DNA of 58,834 nucleotides from a virus (taxonomy: Duplodnaviria; Caudoviricetes): positions 1 to 58,834 of IMG/VR virus record IMGVR_UViG_3300044983_000128; one strand, given 5' to 3'. The notes under the pieces were generated by a model, which was given only the letters and a program-made list of their open reading frames with translations, made no database searches and was not told the origin of the DNA. The number at the start of each line of letters is the position of its first letter. Positions within the stretch are counted from its first letter, which is position 1. Of this stretch, positions 17,845-26,181 are shown one piece after another. A program made the translations under genes and the position numbers.

Positions 17845-17972
17845 TGCGCTCGGCCTTGCACGCCCGTTGAGCGAGGAAGGATGCTACCTGGGCCGAGGCC
17901 AAAGCCCCAGCCGAGCGCAAAAGTATGATGGCTGAAGTAAACCGCAAGTGCAACTCAGAGCGAACGTGCAAG
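17845..17972 (-). ncRNA. Structured leader 4 of the replication operon (C4/CI-like architecture)
   Basis: Stem TGCGCTCGGC/GCCGAGCGCA; CGGGCGTGCAAG before the closing strand pairs with 5' CTTGCACGTTCG. Confidence 0.55.
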
Positions 17973-17990
17973 CTCGTTCAGAGCACCAAA

Positions 17991-18019
17991 ATCATGCGCC
18001 GAGGGCCGCGCCGTGTCAA
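17991..18019 (-). promoter_or_regulatory. sigma70-type promoter of the replication operon
   Basis: TTGACA-17-CATGAT. Confidence 0.65.
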
Positions 18020-18025
18020 TAGATA

Positions 18026-18134
18026 TTCGCGAGCGCAGCGCATGGAGGACCGTCATGAGACCTTTCGGCCAGGCAGTGTCCGCCCTGCGTCTCTGCCACG
18101 TCCGCCCGCCAAAGCGGGTCGCTGCGCCCGCGAA
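18026..18134 (-). ncRNA. Candidate multibranched RNA
   Basis: 15-bp closing stem TTCGCGGGCGCAGCG/CGCTGCGCTCGCGAA enclosing CCCGC-tttg-GCGGG, GGCAG/CTGCC and GGCC-gaaa-GGTC hairpins. Confidence 0.45.
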
Positions 18135-18135
18135 A

Positions 18136-18180
18136 TTACACCCAAGGATCTCCCGGCACCGGATACTGGGTTTTGTCCAT
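18136..18180 (-). CDS. 14-aa micropeptide MDKTQYPVPGDPWV
   Basis: Strong SD GGAGGTGA 6 nt upstream of ATG. Confidence 0.35.
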   Translation of the reverse strand: MDKTQYPVPGDPWV

Positions 18181-18689
18181 TGCACATCACCTCCGATCAA
18201 TTCAACGTGAGCAACGCAATCCTCTCGGCCACTTCCTTGGCGCGGTTCGCGAATATCACGCTCACCCACACGACCGGCCCGGGGAACGGCGACGGCTCTT
18301 TATACGCGCCTGAGCACCAGATTACCGCGTTGCGCTTGGGCGTCACGAATAGAGCGGGGCAGGCGCATGGCCCGAATAGATTATGTATACCCATTCGGGC
18401 GGCGAATCGCCTTGTAACCGTAGCTTTGCAACCAATCTGGAAGCAGAACCATTGTTCGTTTTTCTAGACTTGTCGTGCGATTGCTGGATTCGGGAGAGTG
18501 GACATTTGTTCTCGCCACTGCTCGCGGTGCGATTATGAGCCGCCGACGCGAACTGTCCTGGGCAGGAGAGATGCAATGACGAGAACGAATGCCCAAGAAC
18601 ATGCCCGCTTGTAGCAAATCTGGTTGACGAAGCGCAATGGAAATGTGAGCTTCGAGACAGTTCATTGCAGTGTGGTTAGTCCTATGGTT

Positions 18690-18720
18690 CCCCACCCGCA
18701 TCGCGTCGGGTGGGGTTTTT
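18690..18720. terminator. Hairpin/terminator just after the portal stop
   Basis: CCCCACCC..GGGTGGGG followed by TTTTT on plus strand. Confidence 0.55.
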
Positions 18721-21010
18721 ATTCCTCGGAGGTCTTGTTCGCAGCTTCGGCCTCAGCGCGTTTCTCAATCGCTCGCACTTCCGCTGCGGTCTTGGCGTGG
18801 ACGCCTTGCGCTTCGGTAACGCCTTCTACACCGGAAACGAATATGTCGGCGCGCGTCTTTTCCATCTCGTGCTGCTGCTTCTGCCGGAACGCGGCGTCTT
18901 TCTGCTGGAGTTTCATTGCGTCTGCCGCTGCCTTCGCCTGTAGCTTCTGTTGCGTGAGTGCGGCTTGACCTGCAATCTTGGCTTTGGTTTCTTCGTCCAA
19001 ACCCCCGTTCTGTTGCGCGGCCATCTCCTGCTGGCGTTGCGCCATCGCTTTGACTTCGTTCCCGATTTTCCCGAGTACATCACCGTATTGTTTTACACGC
19101 TGTGCCTCAGATTCGTCCTGGGCGAGCAACTGAATGTGTTGCCCGACATACGCCGCCGCGTTGCTCAATCCTGCCACGTCCTGCGGTGTGCCGACGCCTC
19201 CGCTCTGCATGATCTGCTGCATGCGCATCATCATCATCCGTAGCACCGTCTCGATGACCTCGCGATGACTGTCGCCTTCTCGCACCGGCATCGGCTGCCC
19301 GGTCATCAGCGTCCCCCACGCCAACGCTGCATCAAACACCGTGTCGGTAATCTTGTTCGGTTTGATCGGCGCAAGCTCGTCCGCTTCGCCATCGTCATCT
19401 GTCAACGCCAGCACCATTTTATGCAGCGCCCGTTGCTGTCCGCTCGGTTCAAGGAACGGTCGCAGTTCCATCAACCCGCGAGCGCTCGCCAATTCAAGCT
19501 GCTTGCTGCCCCCGCCGATAACTTGTTCTGACCGGATTTCCCAACGCTCAACGTCCAGCCATTTCTCGGGCACGCCCTGTTCCTTGCATTTCCTCTGAAA
19601 TTCCTTGGCGTCCTTGTCGCGCGTGCCCTTCAAGCACAGCCGCCGGCAAATCTCGCGGTATTCAAATTCTGCCTGGATATAGGCGTTGTTTAACAGCGAA
19701 CTGAGCAGCGCGCTGGTCTGCGCCAGGAGCGCCTGCACCTCGAATTTTGTGCGCTCTTTCTCTGTGCCGGTGTCGATGTCCTGCGTGTAGCTGGAGGCGC
19801 TCTCGCCCATGTGCTGCTTCAACTGCGCCATGAGTAACTGGCTCAACTGTGGGTCGAACTGATAACGCTCCTCACGTTTGACGAAGCCGATTCCTTCAGG
19901 TAGCAAGCCGTAGCGCAGTCCGAAATAAATCTTGTCCACCGCTGCCTTGTCTGAAGGATCTTGCACCCTTAAAAGCAGCATCATGTCCTCGAAAACTTTT
20001 CCGATGAATCGGCACAACGTCATGTCCTGCACTTGGCACAGGTCGAACAGCATCCAGGCGAGCGACCGGATGCTGTGGTAAAAGTACGGGGGTTTAACAT
20101 TTCCGTCTCCGAATTGGACGTGCAGGATTTTGTCGAGCGAATCTGCTACCGGATTCTTGCTGTTGTAAACGAAATCCAGCGGTTCGTTCGCTGTGCCATA
20201 GCTCGCCGTCCAATTTTCGTCCGGTATAATCTGCAAGTTCCAGTCGCCCGTCTCGTCGTCGCGACTGTAAAAGTCCCATAACCAAATCTTCGGGATGGCG
20301 TCGCTGTTCCAATATGTCGCGTTTTGCTTGATGAGTTCAGCGGCTTTCTCTGGTGCATTGGTCCAATCCCATTGCTGTTCGGTTGTCTCCCGGTCCTTGA
20401 TTGAGGCCAGCATGGATTTTACCACTTTCACGTTCCAACCGGGATCAATATTCTTGCCTTTCTTCAGCGTCTTGCTGAACAGGCTCCAATAACTCATCCC
20501 GCGGCGCACTGCGAAGTGTTCCATATCCATCGTCACCTCGGTATCGCTCGGTATCAGCAAATCTTCGATGGCGACGAAGTACGGGCACCAGCAATCGTCG
20601 AACGCGGTCCACAGCTTTGGCCCTACGCCGGTCAGCATCACGCCACCGCCCGTCGAGCGCACCTGATGGAAGTAATGGCGGCTGCGCTTGAGGATTTTGT
20701 TGCTCTCTTTGGTGATGGTCGTTGACCAGCCTGGCCCTTTGTCCACCGGAGCGTCCTCAAGAGAGACGTGGAAATATCGAGCGGGCTTCGTGAAGGCGTT
20801 GCACCATTGGCGATTCCCTTGAAGCAGAAGATTTGTGCCGGTCTTGGTGTTCAGGTTTACATCTATTTTATTTTCCGACACCTGACCGGGAGTATAAGGA
20901 GGTTCCCCGTTAAATTGACGTTGGATTACGGCACGATTGGGCGCACGGATCTCGTCCGCCCTTTTCATATCAGCCACCAAATCATTCACGCGTTGCGCGG
21001 TTGCACTCAT
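18719..21010 (-). CDS. Portal protein
   Basis: 763 aa, near TerL, KERTKFEVQA clip/stem-like motif, long Q/A-rich coiled C-terminal barrel as in P22-like portals. Confidence 0.85.
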   Translation of the reverse strand: MSATAQRVNDLVADMKRADEIRAPNRAVIQRQFNGEPPYTPGQVSENKIDVNLNTKTGTNLLLQGNRQWCNAFTKPARYFHVSLEDAPVDKGPGWSTTITKESNKILKRSRHYFHQVRSTGGGVMLTGVGPKLWTAFDDCWCPYFVAIEDLLIPSDTEVTMDMEHFAVRRGMSYWSLFSKTLKKGKNIDPGWNVKVVKSMLASIKDRETTEQQWDWTNAPEKAAELIKQNATYWNSDAIPKIWLWDFYSRDDETGDWNLQIIPDENWTASYGTANEPLDFVYNSKNPVADSLDKILHVQFGDGNVKPPYFYHSIRSLAWMLFDLCQVQDMTLCRFIGKVFEDMMLLLRVQDPSDKAAVDKIYFGLRYGLLPEGIGFVKREERYQFDPQLSQLLMAQLKQHMGESASSYTQDIDTGTEKERTKFEVQALLAQTSALLSSLLNNAYIQAEFEYREICRRLCLKGTRDKDAKEFQRKCKEQGVPEKWLDVERWEIRSEQVIGGGSKQLELASARGLMELRPFLEPSGQQRALHKMVLALTDDDGEADELAPIKPNKITDTVFDAALAWGTLMTGQPMPVREGDSHREVIETVLRMMMMRMQQIMQSGGVGTPQDVAGLSNAAAYVGQHIQLLAQDESEAQRVKQYGDVLGKIGNEVKAMAQRQQEMAAQQNGGLDEETKAKIAGQAALTQQKLQAKAAADAMKLQQKDAAFRQKQQHEMEKTRADIFVSGVEGVTEAQGVHAKTAAEVRAIEKRAEAEAANKTSEE

Positions 21011-21663
21011 AGATTCAAAAGTTGTTGCGAGGCGTACGTTCTAGCCCATTCAATCATTGGCTTTGCGCCTTTGCTCAAGTTGCATGCGCTGCATGCCACG
21101 CACAAATTTTCAACCGCGTGTGCGCCACCCTTTGAGAGCGGTATGATATGGTCAAAATGGATTCGCTTCAGTGGCACTCGTTCATGGCAGTAATAACAAA
21201 TCGAGAAAGGTTTTGCCTTAACAGCGCGAACGAATTCTTGGATGCCAGCGAGATTAACGGCGGCGGCCTTTTTCAACGCCCTGCGTATTCGAGCAGCGGC
21301 AAAGAATCGCTCTTTGTTCTTGCGATAATAAGCGCGGAGACTGGCTCGTATTTTTGGCCTTCGAGTATCGCGTTTTTCACGCATTTTTACTGGGTCGTAT
21401 GAAGCACGAACTCTGGCAAGTTGTTGGGTTTTATAGTCTGGATGAGCGGCAAGCCAGTCTTTGTGATATTGCGTATTTTTCTGCTTCTGTGCTGCACTGC
21501 GATTGTGCCAGCATTTTCGTTGACATTCATTGTGTTTAGCTCGGAAAGAAGGATCTTTTCGTTTCTCTCGTTTTCTCGCGGCGTCTTGCATGCGAACTTT
21601 TTCTATGTTCGCTTGTATCCATGCCCGTATGTACGCTTTTCTGCGTTCCGTAGTAGCGCTCAT
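21007..21663 (-). CDS. HNH endonuclease
   Basis: CYYC...HFDHIIPLSKGGAH..NLCVAC..CN.SK. Confidence 0.92.
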   Translation of the reverse strand: MSATTERRKAYIRAWIQANIEKVRMQDAARKREKRKDPSFRAKHNECQRKCWHNRSAAQKQKNTQYHKDWLAAHPDYKTQQLARVRASYDPVKMREKRDTRRPKIRASLRAYYRKNKERFFAAARIRRALKKAAAVNLAGIQEFVRAVKAKPFSICYYCHERVPLKRIHFDHIIPLSKGGAHAVENLCVACSACNLSKGAKPMIEWARTYASQQLLNL

Positions 21664-22610
21664 GCGGTGGCCAATTCAGGTTCTTTCTTTCTCCAATTCG
21701 GGTTTCCTTTACGTTTTGGTGCGCTGATGGTTGGGCCAAGTGCCTTGTCAATCGCCGCGCTGGATTCGCCCGGTTGCCGTATCGAATCCACGAGGACTGC
21801 CTTCTGATATTCAAGGCGCGTTCGCCAGAGCGCCAAGAATCCCGCGAGGTCTTTGACTCGGTGAAACAGCACCGCCTCTTTCCGAACGAGATCGAGTGTC
21901 ACCGCGTTCACCGGATCAGCCTCGGTGCGAAGTGTGACGAATTTCGGGGCCATACCGTATTCTGTTCCCCACCAGTGCTGAATGAGCGGCGTGTTGTGCG
22001 CCCGAGGAACCAGTGTTTCGGAGAATACCATGTCCCACGCTCGTACGTTCAGCGCCCGTTGTTCCATCGAGAGCTTTGGATTCGGTTTGGTGGGGCCGGT
22101 GAACATCGGATTGGTCCATTGCTTCGAGAGAATCGCAAACAAGTCCTGCGGATAAACGGCCACGCCTGCCACGTATCGGTCGGGCAATCCGTCGATGTGT
22201 CGCTCAGCGTCTAGGATGTGTCCGAGCACCGGGCGAGGGCTGCGCTGATACGCTTCCCCAATCGCGTCCAGCCAACCCTCGCGTAACGGTACTGCGTCCG
22301 GTTCTAGCCAAAGCCACGGAAGTTTGTAACGGTCCCAAATCTGCCTTGCTGTCGCCCGGAACATGAGGTTGGCGGCGGCGGGCCAGCCTTTGATTCCGGT
22401 TTGCACGATCATGGCCACGACGCTGTTGAAATGCGGCCGGGCCACGTCCAGCAACGCCTTCACGCGTTCTTGCGGCACTTCGCCGTCAGCGGAGAGCAAC
22501 AGGTTGTGCTCGCGCATCGGGCCAAGCTCAATCATCCATTTCATCAACGATTCGGCTTGGTCGAAGTCGCCAAGGTGACATGGAAGGGCTACCAGCAGGG
22601 ATTGGGTCAT
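21660..22610 (-). CDS. Glycosyltransferase-like protein (paralogue of 43051-43791)
   Basis: GWPAAANLMF, PWLWLEPDAVP, GVAVYP, AWD, AVLFHRVKD motifs. Confidence 0.6.
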   Translation of the reverse strand: MTQSLLVALPCHLGDFDQAESLMKWMIELGPMREHNLLLSADGEVPQERVKALLDVARPHFNSVVAMIVQTGIKGWPAAANLMFRATARQIWDRYKLPWLWLEPDAVPLREGWLDAIGEAYQRSPRPVLGHILDAERHIDGLPDRYVAGVAVYPQDLFAILSKQWTNPMFTGPTKPNPKLSMEQRALNVRAWDMVFSETLVPRAHNTPLIQHWWGTEYGMAPKFVTLRTEADPVNAVTLDLVRKEAVLFHRVKDLAGFLALWRTRLEYQKAVLVDSIRQPGESSAAIDKALGPTISAPKRKGNPNWRKKEPELATA

Positions 22611-23272
22611 ACGGTTTGGGTGGGTTGTTCGGTAACTATCCAGCAATGATTTGGGAATGCGTTCAATGTTTCTTCGTCAGTGTGTTCGAGAATCGTTTTC
22701 AATGGCACATGCACTTTTAGAGGCAGAGGGCATAGACAAATTTCGCAGGCGTGCAGTTTTTCTTCGTCTTGAACGCGCAGTTTCAACTGTTCTTTTTCGT
22801 GCATCTGTTCAGCGATAGCTCTCACGGTGTCGGCGGTCAGTCGAAGGAAGCTATGACCGTCGCGATTATGCTCGCAGTCAAAGCAGACGTTTGCTCGTCG
22901 TTGCGCGATTCCGATGGTGACTGGTTTTGCGCCTGTGCCAAGCCAGTCAACGAGGATTCTTTTTCCTCTTCCCACAGCCTTTACACTGTTTGACAGGCGG
23001 TCGATTGCTGCCCGGACCATTGTTTTTTTTTGAGCAGGGACACACCAGTTCGGATCGTCATGCAATCGTTGGCAGGTAGCTTCCTCGATGTCGTGTAACG
23101 CTTCCTTGGGTGTTGCTCTAGCCAACCCGTTGCCGGTGCGGAAGTCCGCAATCTCTTTAGCCACGCTCCACGCATCGTTCATCGACGCCCAGGATTTCAC
23201 CGTGCCGTTGGGTGCCGTTTGTGTGTAGCGCCACCCGCCTGGTGGCACCGTGTTGAAATTCCTAAGAGGCAC
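22607..23272 (-). CDS. Cys-rich protein between TerL and portal, with a slippery A9 run
   Basis: PPGGWRY N-domain; RANVCFDC, CEICLCPL.LKVH, HCW C-domain. Confidence 0.8.
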   Translation of the reverse strand: MPLRNFNTVPPGGWRYTQTAPNGTVKSWASMNDAWSVAKEIADFRTGNGLARATPKEALHDIEEATCQRLHDDPNWCVPAQKKTMVRAAIDRLSNSVKAVGRGKRILVDWLGTGAKPVTIGIAQRRANVCFDCEHNRDGHSFLRLTADTVRAIAEQMHEKEQLKLRVQDEEKLHACEICLCPLPLKVHVPLKTILEHTDEETLNAFPNHCWIVTEQPTQTV

Positions 23273-23302
23273 AATGCCTTATCCTTCCTTTGCGAGCATT
23301 TA

Positions 23303-25066
23303 TCAAGCGGCATATTTCAGGCGCTTCTCGGCCATCATCTTTTGGTGCTTGGCGTTTAGATCGGCCAACCACGAGGGACCGGACTCAGTGAACTTGTCTG
23401 CGCCGAGTTTCTGGATCTGCAACCCGCGCTGGCGCGCGCCTTCGATTGCCGTGGCCAACCAATCAGCTTCGTCGGGGCTGCGCCCAATGCGTTGCTTGGT
23501 TTTATCCTTCGGTTCAACGTCGCGTTTGCTGCCTGCCACGTAGCCCCACTCGCGCATGTAGAATTCCTTGGCGACACTCTCTGGAAGCTCTCGAAGCTGT
23601 TCGCTCTCGACCAACCAACGCACTGAAAACCAAAATTCCGTGACGCGCTTGCCGTATTCTTCATCGCACCGCTTTAATCGGCGCTGTCCGGTCTGTTGAT
23701 CCACGATGTAAAGGTCCAGGCGCACTGGCCTCGTGCTTGGGCGACCACCGAACTCGACCGGAACCGGGATGATATTCCCGAACACACGGGCAAACGCGGC
23801 CCCGAGCGTGCCGCGCCCAGTTGAATCGTAGAATATGTTCTCAACCGGGATGCCTTCAGCCAAGCAATCGGCTTGAACCTGCGCCGCGATCTCGTCCTCC
23901 GGTTCCGCGCCGCGTTTCATGCCGACCTTGATGACATGCGGATGCTCAACGCGCACGATTTGGCGACCATCGGCATCCTCTCCGAACTCAATCCAGCCGC
24001 CCACGCATCGGTCCCCGCCGTACGCGGCGTCAATCGCATAAATCTTGATGCGTTTCACGCCTTTCCACATCGCTTTATCGAATGCCTTGTGGATCTCGCA
24101 CAGTTGCTTGGTCAAAACGCGCTGCGAATCCTCGCCTGGGCGCATGACCCCGATGCACATTGCATTAAATTCCTCGGAATGAGGTCCGTAGAACTTGAGC
24201 GTGTCGTTTATTCGCTCTTGGTCGATCAGGAAAGGATATTTGATTCCTTGTGTGTTGAAATTCGGTGAATCAGTGCCGACGAAGTTGATACACCTTCCTT
24301 TTGGATATTTCGCGTCCCACACCGTTGTCACTATGATGTCTTTGACGCTTGCCCAACCCCCGTCCGGTTCGCATGCCTGCCCAAGTGGAGTATGCTCTCC
24401 ATTGACAGGGTTGCCGATGGGTACGAAATAGAAATGTTCGTTTTGTCCCAAGTTCGCCGTCGCTCGAAGGTAGCTGATGTCGCATAGACTGGCCTCGTCT
24501 GCGATGAGGAATACGTATTTGTTCTTGATTCCTACAAATGGACCAATACCAATCCACTGGTCGCCTTTATAGCATGCAATCCCGATGATGCCCTTACGTA
24601 TGTCTCGAACGTCGGAATCTGTTGTGATGCACCGCTTATAATCCAACACCACACCTGGCACTCCTTCCCACTGGTCTCGCGCTTGCGTGAACAGTTTCTT
24701 CGCTTCACCAAATATGCCCAAGTCCAGCTTTTGTATTGTTGTCGTCGTGATAAGCACCGCGGTTTCTTCCGGGTAAACAAAATAATGCGATAGCGCAAAT
24801 TTGATCGCGCTGAAAGTTTTTCCGGTGCTTGCGGGACCAATCAGCCCAACCATGCCGCGTTTGCGTTTCTCGATGAGATCAGTGAATTCCTTGATGACAA
24901 GATCGGTCCATTTGTGCTCGGCGTGGTCTGCCCATAGTAATCGGTGAAGTTCGCGGTAATGGTGGAACAGGTTTTTGCTCTCGCGGATCATGTACATCTC
25001 GATCTCCAGCGCGTCCGTGCCTACGTTCCAATCGAAGCCGTATTTCTCGAAGGTCGCTTGTGCCAT
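23303..25066 (-). CDS. terL: Terminase large subunit
   Basis: GPASTGKT Walker A, LIADEA Walker B, IGNP motif III, AIDAAYGGD and SPDEAD nuclease acidic residues. Confidence 0.92.
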   Translation of the reverse strand: MAQATFEKYGFDWNVGTDALEIEMYMIRESKNLFHHYRELHRLLWADHAEHKWTDLVIKEFTDLIEKRKRGMVGLIGPASTGKTFSAIKFALSHYFVYPEETAVLITTTTIQKLDLGIFGEAKKLFTQARDQWEGVPGVVLDYKRCITTDSDVRDIRKGIIGIACYKGDQWIGIGPFVGIKNKYVFLIADEASLCDISYLRATANLGQNEHFYFVPIGNPVNGEHTPLGQACEPDGGWASVKDIIVTTVWDAKYPKGRCINFVGTDSPNFNTQGIKYPFLIDQERINDTLKFYGPHSEEFNAMCIGVMRPGEDSQRVLTKQLCEIHKAFDKAMWKGVKRIKIYAIDAAYGGDRCVGGWIEFGEDADGRQIVRVEHPHVIKVGMKRGAEPEDEIAAQVQADCLAEGIPVENIFYDSTGRGTLGAAFARVFGNIIPVPVEFGGRPSTRPVRLDLYIVDQQTGQRRLKRCDEEYGKRVTEFWFSVRWLVESEQLRELPESVAKEFYMREWGYVAGSKRDVEPKDKTKQRIGRSPDEADWLATAIEGARQRGLQIQKLGADKFTESGPSWLADLNAKHQKMMAEKRLKYAA

Positions 25067-25072
25067 TGACTA

Positions 25073-25101
25073 ACGGTGCTTTAAGACGGATAAGAGAGCA
25101 A
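25073..25101 (-). promoter_or_regulatory. Probable leaderless promoter of terL
   Basis: TTGCTC-17-CACCGT-6-ATG. Confidence 0.45.
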
Positions 25102-25132
25102 CCCCGGAATACCGGGATTGAGAAAGACTTTT

Positions 25133-25954
25133 ATGATTGGAATTGAATCGTGCTGCACCCCGTGCCCGTGTCCCGAGACAGAAATTGTGAACGTGCCCGG
25201 CGCGGAGGGTCCAGCGGGCACCGACGGCGCCGACGGCCAGAACGGCACGAGCGCCTTCACCGTCACGACCGACGATTTCGTCATCCCGCCCGCCGACGGC
25301 ACGACACCCGTCACGGTCGAAGTCGCTGACACCTCATGGATGGCCGTGGGCGAGCCGCTGTTCATGCCCGGTGGCCTGTTCTTCCTCGTTGATGCCATCA
25401 TCGACGGCACGCACGTCAGCGTTGTATCGCCGGCTTGGGAAGCGAACGTCAATGCAGGCAACACCATCACTGCGGGGGCGATAGTAACGCCGTCCGGGTG
25501 GCAGCCTGCCGCGCCGTCGCTGCCTGCTGTTGACGCCATCTCCGCTTACGGCGTCGGCGCGGCCTACGCCATCACCACGTCTTCTGCCGTCGTCACATTT
25601 GGCACAAGCGGCGCTCTGCAAATCACACTGACCACCGCTGGCACGTGGTTGCTTCAAGCCCGCGCGCGAGTGGATTACACCAACAGCACCTTCGCCGCCG
25701 AGCAGACCGTTACGCTCAAGCTCCAGAAGGTGGCAGGCACAGTTGACGTGGCCAATTCACAGAACGCCTTCAAGACGGCCATTGTCACCACCGCCGATCA
25801 CACCGCGATGATCATGGCGTTTCCCGCCGTCCAATACGTCACCGCTGGCGTCACCGACGTAATCCGAATGATGGCCGTGATTGGTGTCGATTCGAGCGCC
25901 GACCCGCTCACTATCGTTGAAGCCAACATCATCGCCACTTACCTGCACGCATAA
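25133..25954 (+). CDS. Virion fibre protein with short collagen-like repeat
   Basis: SCCTPCPCP N-terminus, (GXY)5 PGAEGPAGTDGADGQNG, beta-rich BclA/C1q-like C-domain. Confidence 0.7.
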   Translation: MIGIESCCTPCPCPETEIVNVPGAEGPAGTDGADGQNGTSAFTVTTDDFVIPPADGTTPVTVEVADTSWMAVGEPLFMPGGLFFLVDAIIDGTHVSVVSPAWEANVNAGNTITAGAIVTPSGWQPAAPSLPAVDAISAYGVGAAYAITTSSAVVTFGTSGALQITLTTAGTWLLQARARVDYTNSTFAAEQTVTLKLQKVAGTVDVANSQNAFKTAIVTTADHTAMIMAFPAVQYVTAGVTDVIRMMAVIGVDSSADPLTIVEANIIATYLHA

Positions 25955-26181
25955 TGGCCAAACCAAATCAATCGGTAATGAAGTGCGGTCCTTTTTTCGG
26001 GCTGCGAGTTCGCATCGCGAATGGGTTAATAAATGCAGGTCTGAATAATCGTGAAGATGTTCTTCGACTTATTCACAGTCATCCTTACGCACTTCTAAAA
26101 CTGCGAGACTTCGGTCCTAAAAGTCTTTTGTTAGTGCATCGCTGGCTCGGTTTACCAAAACCCAAACGACGACATTTGTAA
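25954..26181 (+). CDS. Stand-alone RNA polymerase alpha-CTD-like protein
   Basis: GLRVRIANGLINAGL...LLKLRDFGPKSL; AT-richer insert between tail genes. Confidence 0.7.
   Translation: MAKPNQSVMKCGPFFGLRVRIANGLINAGLNNREDVLRLIHSHPYALLKLRDFGPKSLLLVHRWLGLPKPKRRHL

Noticed and set aside
17925-18467. 180-aa plus-strand ORF
   Set aside because: Against local gene direction, unprotein-like, overlaps the promoter and RNA structures on the minus strand
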